This document shows, piece by piece, positions 37,009 through 46,989 of a stretch of 64,000 bases of DNA. The notes under the pieces were generated by a model. The model did no database searches and was not told the origin of the DNA. It worked only from the letters and a program-made list of their open reading frames with translations. The stretch's first letter is position 1, and each line of letters starts with the position of its first letter. The DNA is from Dehalococcoidia bacterium (GTDB lineage: Bacteria; Chloroflexota; Dehalococcoidia; Lucifugimonadales; VXLM01), in assembly GCA_034421575.1 (NCBI GenBank), contig DAOUKG010000032.1:6873-70872 (forward strand). The letters run 5' to 3'. The position numbers were made by a program, and so were the translations under genes.

Positions 37009-38391
37009 GTGCCGCTGAAAGATAGCCCCTCGACACAGGAACTGCGTAGCGCCGCCAACCGTCATGTTTGGCTGGACGATCACGACTGGAGCAAGGCGGA
37101 GGCGGACGGCGGGCCGATGGTCGCCGTCGAGGGCGACGGCGTCAGGGTGACGGACTCGGAGGGGCGGTCGTGGATCGACGTGACGGGCGGACAGGGGGCC
37201 GTCAACATAGGGTACGGTCGTGCCGAGATAGGCGACATCGTCTACGAGCAGACTGCCGCCATCAACTACATGCCGCAGCGGTCTGCCATTCCCTCCACCA
37301 TCGACCTCGTCCGCAAGCTGGCGGAGATCACGCCGGGCACGCTGAGCCGCACGTTTCCCGTCAGCAGCGGGTCGGAGGCGAACGAGACGGCGATCAAGGT
37401 CGCGAGGGCGTACCACAAGCGGAACGGCGAATCAGGGCGCTACAAGATTATCAGCAGGTTCGGGTCGTATCACGGCGACCTGGGCCTCGTGCAGTGGCTC
37501 GGCTCGTCTCCAGACCACCGCAATGCCGATTACGAACCGGCCTATCCGGGGATGGTGTACGCGCCTCAGCCGAACGTGTACCGGTGCGGCAAGGACGACA
37601 TCACGCCGTCGGAGTGCGCGGTGCGCTCCGCGAAGGCGGTCGAGGAGCTCATCAAGTTCCATCAGCCGAGCACGGTGGCGGCGGTGATCGCCGAGCCGGT
37701 GACGAACGACGGGGTCGTTCCCGGGTCGGAATACTGGCCGATGCTCCGCGAGATATGCAACGAGTACGGCGTGGTGCTCATAGCCGACGAGGTGACGACC
37801 GGGCTGGGACGTACGGGCAAGATGTTCGGGGTAGACCACTGGGGGGTAGAGCCGGACATCATGACGATGGCGGGCGGGCTGAGCGGCGGATACATGCCCA
37901 TCGGCGCGACCACGGCAACGACGGCGATTGCGGACCGCTTCGCTGGGACGGACTCTTACTTCAGGCACGTCTTCACGTTCGCGGGACACCCGGTGGCGGC
38001 GGCGGTGGCGCTCAAGAGCATAGAGATTGTCGAGTCGGAGGGGTTGGTGGAGAATGCCGCGCAGACGGGAGAGTACCTCTTGGAGGCGCTCACGACGCTG
38101 ATCGGCGACCATCCCATCGTCGGAGACGTTCGGGGGCTGGGGCTGCTCTGCGCCGTCGAGCTGGTGAGCGACCGCGCCACGAAGGCCGGGTTCGATCCTG
38201 AAATGCGGATGTCCGAGCGGATGACGGCCAAGTTCAGCGAACACGGTCTCATTCTTCCCGTTCGCGGGAACGTCATAGCGATAACGCCGCCACTTACGAT
38301 CACGCGCGCCGAGATCGATGAGATCATGCACGGGATCGACCTCGCCCTGTGGGAGATCGAGGGCGAGTTGGGCATTGCGTCGATGGCCTGA
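37009..38391 (+). CDS. Class-III aminotransferase homolog lacking the PLP-binding lysine
   Basis: SGSEANE, SYHG and DEVTTGLGRTG are present, but PDIMTMAGGL replaces the canonical AKG; GTG start with a GAGG RBS. Confidence 0.85.
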   Translation: MPLKDSPSTQELRSAANRHVWLDDHDWSKAEADGGPMVAVEGDGVRVTDSEGRSWIDVTGGQGAVNIGYGRAEIGDIVYEQTAAINYMPQRSAIPSTIDLVRKLAEITPGTLSRTFPVSSGSEANETAIKVARAYHKRNGESGRYKIISRFGSYHGDLGLVQWLGSSPDHRNADYEPAYPGMVYAPQPNVYRCGKDDITPSECAVRSAKAVEELIKFHQPSTVAAVIAEPVTNDGVVPGSEYWPMLREICNEYGVVLIADEVTTGLGRTGKMFGVDHWGVEPDIMTMAGGLSGGYMPIGATTATTAIADRFAGTDSYFRHVFTFAGHPVAAAVALKSIEIVESEGLVENAAQTGEYLLEALTTLIGDHPIVGDVRGLGLLCAVELVSDRATKAGFDPEMRMSERMTAKFSEHGLILPVRGNVIAITPPLTITRAEIDEIMHGIDLALWEIEGELGIASMA

Positions 38392-38418
38392 AGGGTCTGG
38401 GAGGAACACGACAAGCCA

Positions 38419-39798
38419 ATGAACACTCTGTCGAAGACCGAAGAGCTACGCCGCGCCGCGCTCGACCACCTGTGGATGCACAACAGGGGCTGGATCGACA
38501 TGGCCGAGCAGGGCGAGCCGGCCATCATGGTCGAGGGCGACGGCATCCGGGTGAAGGACTCGGAGGGCCGCACGTGGATCGACCCGAACGGCGGGTACGT
38601 CTCGGTGAACGTCGGGTACGGGCGGAAGGAGATAGCCGAGGCCGCGCGCGAGCAGATGCGGAAGCTCTCGTTCCAGCCGCCGGGCGCGGCGACGGAGCCG
38701 CTCATCCGCGTCTCGGAGAAGATCGCGGAGATCGCGCCGGGGTCGATGGAGCGCGTCTACCCCGTCAACGGCGGTTCGGAGTCGACGGAGACGGCGATCA
38801 AGATCGCGAGGGCCTACCACAGGCGCAACGGGGAGCCCGGCAGGTACAAGGTCATCAGCCGTCGCAACTCGTACCACGGCGCGACGGGCGGCGTGCTGGG
38901 TATGGCGGGGAGCGCGGCGGCGGACCGCTCCGACTACGAGCCGTTCTATCCCGGCATGATCTACGCCCCGCAGCCGAACCCGTACCGGTGCGAGTCGGGA
39001 GCGACGAATGCGTCGGACTCCGCGGTGTACTGCGCTCAGCAGGTCGAGGAACTCATCATCGCTCACAATCCCGACACGATCGCGGCGTTCATCGGGGAGC
39101 CGATCGCGAGCAACGCGGGCAACGCCGTTCCGGGAGACGAGTACTGGCCGATGATCCGCGACATCTGCGACCGGTACGGCGTCCTGCTGGTGTCGGACGA
39201 GGTGATATGCGGGTACGGACGCTCGGGAGAGTGGTTCGGGATACAGAACTGGGACGTCGTCCCGGACGTGATGGGATCGGCCAAGGGCATCGTGAGCAGC
39301 TATCTCCCGTTTGCCGCCGCGGTCGCCAAGAAGGAGATCGCGGACGCCTTCGAGGGTGAGGACAACTACTTCCGCATGGCAAACAGCTTCGGAGGCCACC
39401 CGGTCGCCGCCGCCGCCGCGCTGAAGAACCTTGAAATCATCGAGGAGGAGGGCCTCGTAGAGAACTCCAAGCGCATGGGCGAGTATTTCCGGTCGCAGCT
39501 CCGGGAGCTGCAGGACGACTACTCGTTCATCGGCGACGTGCGCGGCATCGGACTGATGAACACCGTCGATATGGTCTCCGACCACGACACCAAGGCCGAT
39601 TTCGACCCGGCGCTCCGGGTGCAGGACCGGCTCGGCGACAAGTTCTATGATCGGGGGATGATCCTGAGACCGACAGGACAGTTCCTGAACATCGCGCCGC
39701 CGCTCTGCGTGACAAGCGAGGACATAGACGCGATAGTGAACATTTTGGATGACTCATTCCGTGAGCTAGTTGATGAGGTGCCGCAGCTAAAGGGGTAA
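38419..39798 (+). CDS. Class-III (PLP) aminotransferase
   Basis: GGSESTE, SYHG, DEVICGYGR and PDVMGSAKG (Lys intact). Confidence 0.93.
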   Translation: MNTLSKTEELRRAALDHLWMHNRGWIDMAEQGEPAIMVEGDGIRVKDSEGRTWIDPNGGYVSVNVGYGRKEIAEAAREQMRKLSFQPPGAATEPLIRVSEKIAEIAPGSMERVYPVNGGSESTETAIKIARAYHRRNGEPGRYKVISRRNSYHGATGGVLGMAGSAAADRSDYEPFYPGMIYAPQPNPYRCESGATNASDSAVYCAQQVEELIIAHNPDTIAAFIGEPIASNAGNAVPGDEYWPMIRDICDRYGVLLVSDEVICGYGRSGEWFGIQNWDVVPDVMGSAKGIVSSYLPFAAAVAKKEIADAFEGEDNYFRMANSFGGHPVAAAAALKNLEIIEEEGLVENSKRMGEYFRSQLRELQDDYSFIGDVRGIGLMNTVDMVSDHDTKADFDPALRVQDRLGDKFYDRGMILRPTGQFLNIAPPLCVTSEDIDAIVNILDDSFRELVDEVPQLKG

Positions 39799-39844
39799 TG
39801 ACGTATCGATAGATCTATAAGCCATAAGCTATGAGGGAGGAATT

Positions 39845-40537
39845 ATGACGAACCGTCGCAACAATCGAGGCGGGGGACGCAGGGAACGGGTGGCTATCTT
39901 CATTGACGGGAGCAATCTCTATCACAGCCTCCAGGAGAACTGCGGGCGATTCGACGTGGACTTCGCGGCGCTTGGGCAGAGGCTGACCGATGGCCGGGAC
40001 CTGCTCCGCATCTACTACTACAATGTGCTCCGCGACGCGGATCGCGACCCGCAGGCGTACCAGGACCAGCAGAAGTTCCTGACGGCCCTCAACAACACTC
40101 CATACGTCGAGACGCGGCTGGGCACCTCGAAGATGCGGGGCCAGGTGGCGGTGGAGAAGGGTGTCGACATCATGGTCGCGACGGACCTGCTCAGGTTCGC
40201 GTGGGACGACCTCTATGACGTTGCGGTCCTCGTGAGCGGGGACGGCGACTTCGCGTATGCCGTGGAGACCGTCAAGAACATGGGCAAGCACGTTGAGGTC
40301 GCGGCGTTCACCGCCAACTTGTCACAGGAGCTTGCCGCCGTCGCGGACGAGCGTCACTTCTTCACGCCCGACTATTTTGCGGATATCTGGAGCAGGAGCC
40401 GTCGTGGTCCGCGTTTCTCACAGGGCCAACATGGCAGGCGGGAACAGGATGGGGACCAGGCGTCGGAGGGTCAGCAGCGCTCGCACGGGGCGCGACGATT
40501 CCTCGACAGGTTTCGCGGCGGCAGGGGCGGTTCGTAG
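39845..40537 (+). CDS. NYN domain (LabA/DUF88) protein
   Basis: IFIDGSNLY, EKGVD and LVSGDGDF. Confidence 0.92.
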   Translation: MTNRRNNRGGGRRERVAIFIDGSNLYHSLQENCGRFDVDFAALGQRLTDGRDLLRIYYYNVLRDADRDPQAYQDQQKFLTALNNTPYVETRLGTSKMRGQVAVEKGVDIMVATDLLRFAWDDLYDVAVLVSGDGDFAYAVETVKNMGKHVEVAAFTANLSQELAAVADERHFFTPDYFADIWSRSRRGPRFSQGQHGRREQDGDQASEGQQRSHGARRFLDRFRGGRGGS

Positions 40538-40588
40538 GGGGCGCCCGCCTGAGTCAACGTGGACGTGGGGAGGCCTTCGACAGCCTTC

Positions 40589-40856
40589 TAATACCAATTC
40601 GTTTTGAATACACCGTGAATTGGGCGTGGGACAACCAACTCACCCGTCATTCCGGCGAAGGCCGGAATCCAGATCGTGGGTAGTGCAGAGAACCGTCAAA
40701 ACCGTCTGGAAACGGTACTAATACCAGTTCCACATGGTTTTGACTGATCTATCGAAGCTCACCCTCACCCCCGTTCTGCAACGGGGCAGGCTCTAGCCCT
40801 CTCCCGCGACGGGAGAGGGGATAAGAGGGCCTTCGACAGGCTCAGGCCGAACGGGC
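40589..40856. repeat. REP/MITE mosaic
   Basis: taataccaattc..ttgaatacaccgtgaat..cgtcattccggcgaaggccggaatccag; caccctcacc..tagccctctcccg..gggagaggg; gggccttcgacaggctcagg. Confidence 0.75.
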
Positions 40857-40943
40857 TTTCTCGTGGCCACACGCCCCCTGCACGGCCCAAAGCCCGGGGC
40901 GTGGCGCTGCTCAGGGTGAACGGACTCTTGTTGGAGTATCGTC

Positions 40944-42653
40944 CTAGAACGCGTCCTCGGCGGCGGCGATTTCCTCGAGGTCGGCGCGGCTGTATGAACC
41001 CATGCTCCTGAAGTCGAAGTCGGTGTAGTTCTTGACCCATCGCATGCCGATCCTGCCGGCCTTGCGGTACCGAACGTCGGCGGCGTCGTAGAGGCGCTGG
41101 TGGGACTCGTTGCCTTCCTCGACCTCCTCCTTCAGGAGGCGGAGGATGTCGTCGACCTCGTCGATGAAGAGTTGCTTGACGAGGGCAAAGTCATGGATCG
41201 TGCCGGTCTCGGTGTCTGCGGCGGCGTGGATGATGCGCTGGGCGATCTGGGCGGCGGACATGCGTCCGGTGGCAAGGTCTTCCATGAGCGGCCCATGAAC
41301 TCCGGGCTTGCCGGCGAGGCTGTCGATGCCCTTGGCTCCCCGCCCGTTCAGCCATCCCTCGATGTACTCGATGACCATGCGGACGTTGCGACGGGTGCCC
41401 TCCACGGTGATCGGGCCTTCCGGCACGTCGATACGGACCGGGTAGTTGTCGGGGTTATGCGCCTCTGCGGGCGGCTCCCATCCTGTTGCGCGGAGCTTCT
41501 TGAACGGGTCTGCCGCCGTCTTCATGTGGAAAATGTGCGCCACCCAGCCGCGCAGGAACCCCTGGTTGGCCTCCCACTCCTTATCGGCCGTAATGGAGAC
41601 GGCGGCGGCGGCGTTCACCTCGTCATCGCGTGAGGGCAGAGCGGTTGCCATGCCGCCGATGGGGACTGCGCCGTGCTTGAGGCAGATTGCTACGAGGCGT
41701 CGGAAGATCGTCGCGAGGAAGGGGGTCGTCTTGATGTCCACGCCGAAGCGGTCGGGCCACACCTGGTCCGGGTCGGCCATGATGTACTCGAAGATGCTGG
41801 CCTTGAAGTCCCACCGGGCGGCGTTCAGTCCCGCGGCGTAGGGGCCGAGCGCGTGGAGCATCTCCTCCATCTGGTAGGCGGCGGGCAGCGACTCGACGAG
41901 CGGTATCCCACGGATAACGTCCTCGTCACCGAGACCCAGATGCTCCTTGCTGAAGTCGAAGAATTCCCGCCAGAAGCCCGCCTCCTCGGCGGACTCCATC
42001 TTGGGCAGGTAGAAGTAGAGGCCCTGCCCTCGCGCCATCTGCGCCCGGCCGGCATGGAACACGGTCAGGGAAGTGCCGAGGATGGCGGCGGAGACGGGCT
42101 GCCCGTCGATGGTCATCTCCGGCTCGTCGAGGTGGAGTCCCCGCTCGCGGTGCATGAAGAACGGGAGCTCGCCGTCCTGGATGGTGTAGTGGCGGTTCCT
42201 CGCCTCGTCGCGGTGCTCCAAGGTGCGCTCGACGGCGCCGAGACGGTTGCGGGCTGCGGTCACGGTGTCGACCAGCCGGTGTCCGGCGGCGTCCTCGTCG
42301 TCGTCGAGGTCGCCGACCGCGCGCTCGCCCTCCGGGCCGGGGTTCAGCGCGTTGATGAACATGTTGGTCACCGATGCCGGGCCGGTGATCTCGATGCCGG
42401 GTCGTCGAAGGTCCTCCGGCACGGGGGGCACGTTCCAGTCGGTGGTGTTGATCTCCGAGACGGGCGGGTGCGATGGCAGGACGCCGTCTTCAAGGGCGCG
42501 GCGGAGCACCTCTGCCCGCCTGGCGCGCAATTCGTGTACGCGACCTGCGAACTTGTCGTGCGCCGCGACAAAGTACTCCAGGAACTCGGAGGTGAATACC
42601 TCATCGGCCCCTTCGACGTTCGCGTATTGAACTCGCTCGCTCGTTTCGGACAC
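40944..42653 (-). CDS. aceB: Malate synthase
   Basis: YFYLPKME, LNAARWDF, PIGGMA and LMEDLAT motifs. Confidence 0.85.
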   Translation of the reverse strand: MSETSERVQYANVEGADEVFTSEFLEYFVAAHDKFAGRVHELRARRAEVLRRALEDGVLPSHPPVSEINTTDWNVPPVPEDLRRPGIEITGPASVTNMFINALNPGPEGERAVGDLDDDEDAAGHRLVDTVTAARNRLGAVERTLEHRDEARNRHYTIQDGELPFFMHRERGLHLDEPEMTIDGQPVSAAILGTSLTVFHAGRAQMARGQGLYFYLPKMESAEEAGFWREFFDFSKEHLGLGDEDVIRGIPLVESLPAAYQMEEMLHALGPYAAGLNAARWDFKASIFEYIMADPDQVWPDRFGVDIKTTPFLATIFRRLVAICLKHGAVPIGGMATALPSRDDEVNAAAAVSITADKEWEANQGFLRGWVAHIFHMKTAADPFKKLRATGWEPPAEAHNPDNYPVRIDVPEGPITVEGTRRNVRMVIEYIEGWLNGRGAKGIDSLAGKPGVHGPLMEDLATGRMSAAQIAQRIIHAAADTETGTIHDFALVKQLFIDEVDDILRLLKEEVEEGNESHQRLYDAADVRYRKAGRIGMRWVKNYTDFDFRSMGSYSRADLEEIAAAEDAF

Positions 42654-42851
42654 GTTCTCCTCCGGCTGCCGGGTCTTGAGTCAAGGCAACATGGTATCAC
42701 AAGGCTCCAGCGCGGCTGTTTGGGGCGCGCCCCAACGGACGCGGGTGGGGATGAGAATCCCAGAATCGTGTGATGTGGCCTTCGGGGAATGGGTATACCA
42801 TGTACCCATACCGCTAGTAAGCGTTACAAGCCGGAGCAGTCCCAATTGGGT

Positions 42852-43345
42852 GTGACGAAGCCGTATTCTCGCCAGATTGTGTTGGCATTTCCCGTCATTC
42901 CCGCGAAAGCGGGAACCAGAGATATACCCTCACCCTAGCCCTCTCCCGCGAACGGGAGAGGGGATTAGATTCCCGCTTTCGGAGGCCTTTGAATAACCGT
43001 CATACCGGCGAAGGCCGGTATCCAGAGGGGTGGGGTTGAGGTTCGGTAGCATTGGTGTTTCATGCCAAGGTCTTCCCGCACGGTGGGTTACGCAAAGGTC
43101 TTCTTTCGCGGGGATGATAGGTGGTGGGGCGGTATCGGGGAAGGGCAACCACAAGGGTTGCCCCTACGGGGGGTGACCGGGGATGGATTCCGGCCCCGTA
43201 TCGTGGTACGGTCTGGCGTTCGTTCGCGGGGGTGACGGATTCACGGTGTATTCAAAACGAATTGGTATAAGTCTGCCGAGAGCGTTCGTGGTGAGCTCGT
43301 CGAACCATGAACGGGGTTGCCACCCTTCGACAGGCTCAGAGCTTG
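42852..43345. repeat. REP/MITE mosaic upstream of lipoprotein 1
   Basis: GTCATTCCCGCG family, CCCTCACCCTAGCCC family, ggcaaccacaagggttgcccctac, TACCAATTC element and CCCTTCGACAGGCTCAG family. Confidence 0.75.
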
Positions 43346-43401
43346 CCCCGTACTTGATACGGGGGCGAACGGGGTCCTTTTTCTAAGGGGAGGTTGGCAC
43401 G

Positions 43402-44868
43402 ATGGATAGACGATTGATGCTTCCGTTGATGTCCGTCTTGACAGTCGTCGTGCTGGCCGCGTGCTCGGAGTCTCCGCCGCCGAGTCCCACTCCGACGGTC
43501 GCGCCCACTGTTGCCCCGACCTCGACGCCCGTGCCCACGCCCAGTCCGACGCCGGTTGTCCCATTCGAGGACAGCCTTTCGAGCGCGGACCTCGCCCGGT
43601 TCCAAGCGCTGCCTGAGGAGATTCAGGAGGCCCTGGTCGACGAGTCGCTGGAGAGTGGGAATGACGGCGCTCTCGTGTACCTGCGCGACATGCCGGACGA
43701 TCCGGCGTCACTTTCTGACATACTCGAACCGGAGACTCTGGCGTTATTAGACACTATCGACGAGCCGTACCGCCGTCAACTGCTGCTGGAGGGGTACCCC
43801 AATTCGACCGTCCAGCATTGGAGAAAGTCCTGGCTTTCGGGAAACATCACCGACCTCGAATACCGGTACGGCAACTTCGACCTGCTGGTCCGTGGGGTGC
43901 ATCAGACGCTGACAGAGGACGGCCACCTGTTGCCGCCGTTGGAAGAGACCCTTTCGGCCTCCGCGCTCAGCAGATTCGAGTCCCTCGACCCGCCGATTCA
44001 GGCGTCGTTCCGGCTGTGGTGGGAGACCGAGCGTACGCTGTCGCTGGAGGAAGAAGTCGGCCGGTTTGAGGAAAGACTGCTCAATACCCCTACCGAGTTG
44101 CCGGATATCCGATCGCTGGGGCTAACCGAGGATTCAGAGGACCTTCTGGAGAAGGATGACGAACTGTGGAGCTATGTGCAGAGGACTGTGGCAACCGAGC
44201 TTGTCATTGAGCATGAGTGGGCATCCGAGGATGCCGACCGATTGCAGAAGACCATAGACGCCTACCGTGCGCCGGGAGGCAGGGAGGCCTTTGAACGAGG
44301 CCTGCGTCCGGGCGAATTACAGCCGTTCCTTGCGCTCATGGCGTGTCTGCCGTTTCAGGGGTGGTTCGTGCCGACCGAGTCGGTAATTCCGCAACCGTAC
44401 CGCGGCGTGCATCCCGCCAGGCTCGTCTACTACTGGCCCGAGCCGGAGGACGCCTTTTCAGACGCGGCGTTGGCGAACTTCAGACTTCTCGACGAGACGA
44501 TGCGTGAGGCTTTCGAGGTGCGATGGTACGGTCACGGGCTTCCCCATGCTACGCACTTCATGGCGTGCCTCGTGGCCGAGTGGGACCGGGGCTTGGCCGA
44601 CACGCCGTTCACGTCGATGCCGGGGCCGGAGGTATTTCTCCCAGAGGACAAGCGCAAGTTCTACGACGAGCTGACAGACCATGAGAAGTGGGCAACCGAG
44701 CTAAACCTGGCGGCAGCCATCCTCAAGGGTGATGTCTGGTTCCACAGAAGCCGGTTCGGAGAGACCGAAACGGTCTCGACACTGGACTCGCCAGAGAATT
44801 TCCTTGAAGGACTGCGCTTCCAAGCCGTCGAGTGGCTTTGCGGCTTCCATGGTCCCGCCTGTCAGTAG
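43402..44868 (+). CDS. Putative lipoprotein, copy 1
   Basis: Lipobox VVLAAC followed by a Pro/Thr linker; paralog of 45344-46816. Confidence 0.8.
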   Translation: MDRRLMLPLMSVLTVVVLAACSESPPPSPTPTVAPTVAPTSTPVPTPSPTPVVPFEDSLSSADLARFQALPEEIQEALVDESLESGNDGALVYLRDMPDDPASLSDILEPETLALLDTIDEPYRRQLLLEGYPNSTVQHWRKSWLSGNITDLEYRYGNFDLLVRGVHQTLTEDGHLLPPLEETLSASALSRFESLDPPIQASFRLWWETERTLSLEEEVGRFEERLLNTPTELPDIRSLGLTEDSEDLLEKDDELWSYVQRTVATELVIEHEWASEDADRLQKTIDAYRAPGGREAFERGLRPGELQPFLALMACLPFQGWFVPTESVIPQPYRGVHPARLVYYWPEPEDAFSDAALANFRLLDETMREAFEVRWYGHGLPHATHFMACLVAEWDRGLADTPFTSMPGPEVFLPEDKRKFYDELTDHEKWATELNLAAAILKGDVWFHRSRFGETETVSTLDSPENFLEGLRFQAVEWLCGFHGPACQ

Positions 44869-44921
44869 GTCAAGTAGTATGCCGCCGCTGTGGTGGTAAG
44901 AGGGTGTCTAATGCCTAGTGA

Positions 44922-45290
44922 GTGTGATGAGACCGTATTCTCGCCAGGTTGTGTTGACATTTCCCGTCATTCCCGCGAAAGCGGGAATCTAATCCCCTCT
45001 CCCGTTCGCGGGAGAGGGCTAGGGTGAGGGTATATCTCTGGATTCCCGCTTTCGCGGGAATGACAACTTGATCGGGGATAACTCAGTGAATTCCAAGAAT
45101 GACAACACAACCTAATCGGGATTTCTGGATTCCGGCCTTCGCCGGAATGACGGGTGGCTTGGTTGTGTCACGGACGATTCACGGTGTATTCAAAGTGAAT
45201 TGGTATAATAAGTCTGCCGAGAGCGTTCGTGGTGAGCTTGTCGAACCATGAACGGGGTTGCCACCCTTCGACAGGCTCAGAGCTTGCCCC
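44922..45290. repeat. REP/MITE mosaic upstream of lipoprotein 2
   Basis: Homologous to 42852-42981 and 43238-43345; contains an inverted 54-bp core. Confidence 0.75.
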
Positions 45291-45343
45291 GTACTTGATA
45301 CGGGGGTGAACGGGGTCCTTTTTACTAAGAGGAGGTTGGCACG

Positions 45344-46816
45344 ATGGATAGACGATTGATGCTTCCGTTGATGTCCGTCTTGGCAGTAGTCGTGCTGGCC
45401 GCGTGCTCGGAGTCTCCGCCGCCGACTCCTGTGCCGACGGTCGTGCCCACCGTTGCCCCGACCTCGACGCCCGTGCCCACTCCCAGTCCGACGCCTGTCG
45501 TCCCGTTCGAGGAAAGCCTTTCGAGCGCGGACCTCGCCAGGTTCCAAGCGCTGCCTGTGGAGATTCAGGAAGCGCTGGTCGACGAGTCGCTGGAGAGTGG
45601 GAATGACGGCGCTCTCGTGTACCTGCGCGACATGCCGGACGATCCGGCTCCCCTGTCGGCGATTCTCGGACTGGATACCCAGACGCTATTGGACACCATC
45701 GGGGAGCCGTACCGCCGTCAACTGTTGCTGGAAGGGTACCCCAACTCGACCCTCCGGTATTTCAAAAAGCAGTGGCTGGCGGGAGAATTTTCCGACCTCG
45801 AGTACCAATATGGCGACTTCGCGTCGATGATCGATGAGGTCCACAAGACGCTGTCGGTGGATGGCCACCTCTTGCCGCCGCTTGAGGAGACTCTATCGCC
45901 TGCCGCGCTGACGAGGTTTGAGTCCCTCGATCCGCTACTGCAGGACTCGTTCCGAATCGTCTGGGAAACTCGGCGGACGAAATCTCCGAGTGTTGACACG
46001 GACAGGCTGGAGCAAGACCTCCTCAATGTGCCGGCCAAATTGCCAGGTATTCAGGAGCTTGGCCTTTCAGATGCGGCGGTCAGGGTGCTTGAGCAGGAGC
46101 CGGCGATGAGGGACTATGCCCTTGGTTCGGTTGCCGCCGCCCTCGTGTTTGACCAAGAATGGGACAGCGAAGATACTGCTCGGTTGCAAGAGCGGATAGA
46201 AGCCTACGATGCGCCCGGAGGCAGGGAAGCACTTGCGCGCGGACTGCGACCGGGTGTAACCGACACATGGCATGCCGTAATATCATGCCAGCCTGCGGGG
46301 TGGGGGCCCATACCGCCGGACAACGTCGTTCCCAAGCCGTTTCGTGGAGTCCATCCCGCTCGGTTCATCTACTCCTGGCCTGCCCCTGAAGAGTCGCTGT
46401 CCGACGCGGCGTTGGCGAACTACAATCTCCTCGACGATACGATGCGCGAGGCTCTCGAACACTGGTGGTATGGCACCGGGCCGCTCCCTTTCAAGGCGCT
46501 AATCATGAGGTGCCTGATCGCCCAGTGGGACCGGGGCATAGCCAACACGCCATTCACCTCGATGCCGGGGCCCGATGTCTTTCTGCCCGAAGACAAGAGG
46601 GGCTTTTACGACGAACTTTCGGACTACGAGAAGGAAGTCACGGTACGAAGCTTGGCGCATGACATCCTGTTGGGAGAGGTCACTTTCCAGAGGAGCCAAT
46701 TCAGAGAATACGAAACGGTTACGACATTCGACTCCACGCCTGAGGAGTTTCTTGAAGGGCTGCGCTTCTCAGCCGTCGAGTGGCTGTGCGGTTACCATCC
46801 ACCCGCTTGCAGGTAG
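45344..46816 (+). CDS. Putative lipoprotein, copy 2
   Basis: Same N-terminus MDRRLMLPLMSVL..VVLAACSESPPP; tandem paralog. Confidence 0.8.
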   Translation: MDRRLMLPLMSVLAVVVLAACSESPPPTPVPTVVPTVAPTSTPVPTPSPTPVVPFEESLSSADLARFQALPVEIQEALVDESLESGNDGALVYLRDMPDDPAPLSAILGLDTQTLLDTIGEPYRRQLLLEGYPNSTLRYFKKQWLAGEFSDLEYQYGDFASMIDEVHKTLSVDGHLLPPLEETLSPAALTRFESLDPLLQDSFRIVWETRRTKSPSVDTDRLEQDLLNVPAKLPGIQELGLSDAAVRVLEQEPAMRDYALGSVAAALVFDQEWDSEDTARLQERIEAYDAPGGREALARGLRPGVTDTWHAVISCQPAGWGPIPPDNVVPKPFRGVHPARFIYSWPAPEESLSDAALANYNLLDDTMREALEHWWYGTGPLPFKALIMRCLIAQWDRGIANTPFTSMPGPDVFLPEDKRGFYDELSDYEKEVTVRSLAHDILLGEVTFQRSQFREYETVTTFDSTPEEFLEGLRFSAVEWLCGYHPPACR

Positions 46817-46989
46817 TCCTGGTCGTCTCTCGCTTTGATCGGGCGATTGAAGCGAGGATGCCGGCATAGGGCGTAAACGGCGCCCTGAAAGCGTCTGCCA
46901 CGAATTGACCTTGTACTACGCTTGTGCCACAATCCTGCATATCGTCAGCGTAGTGTCACGAATTGCGATGAGATTGTAGGAGGAGAGCA

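Noticed and set aside
40944-42653. Malate synthase without a neighbouring isocitrate lyase
   Set aside because: Unlinked aceB is common, and the rest of the genome is not visible.
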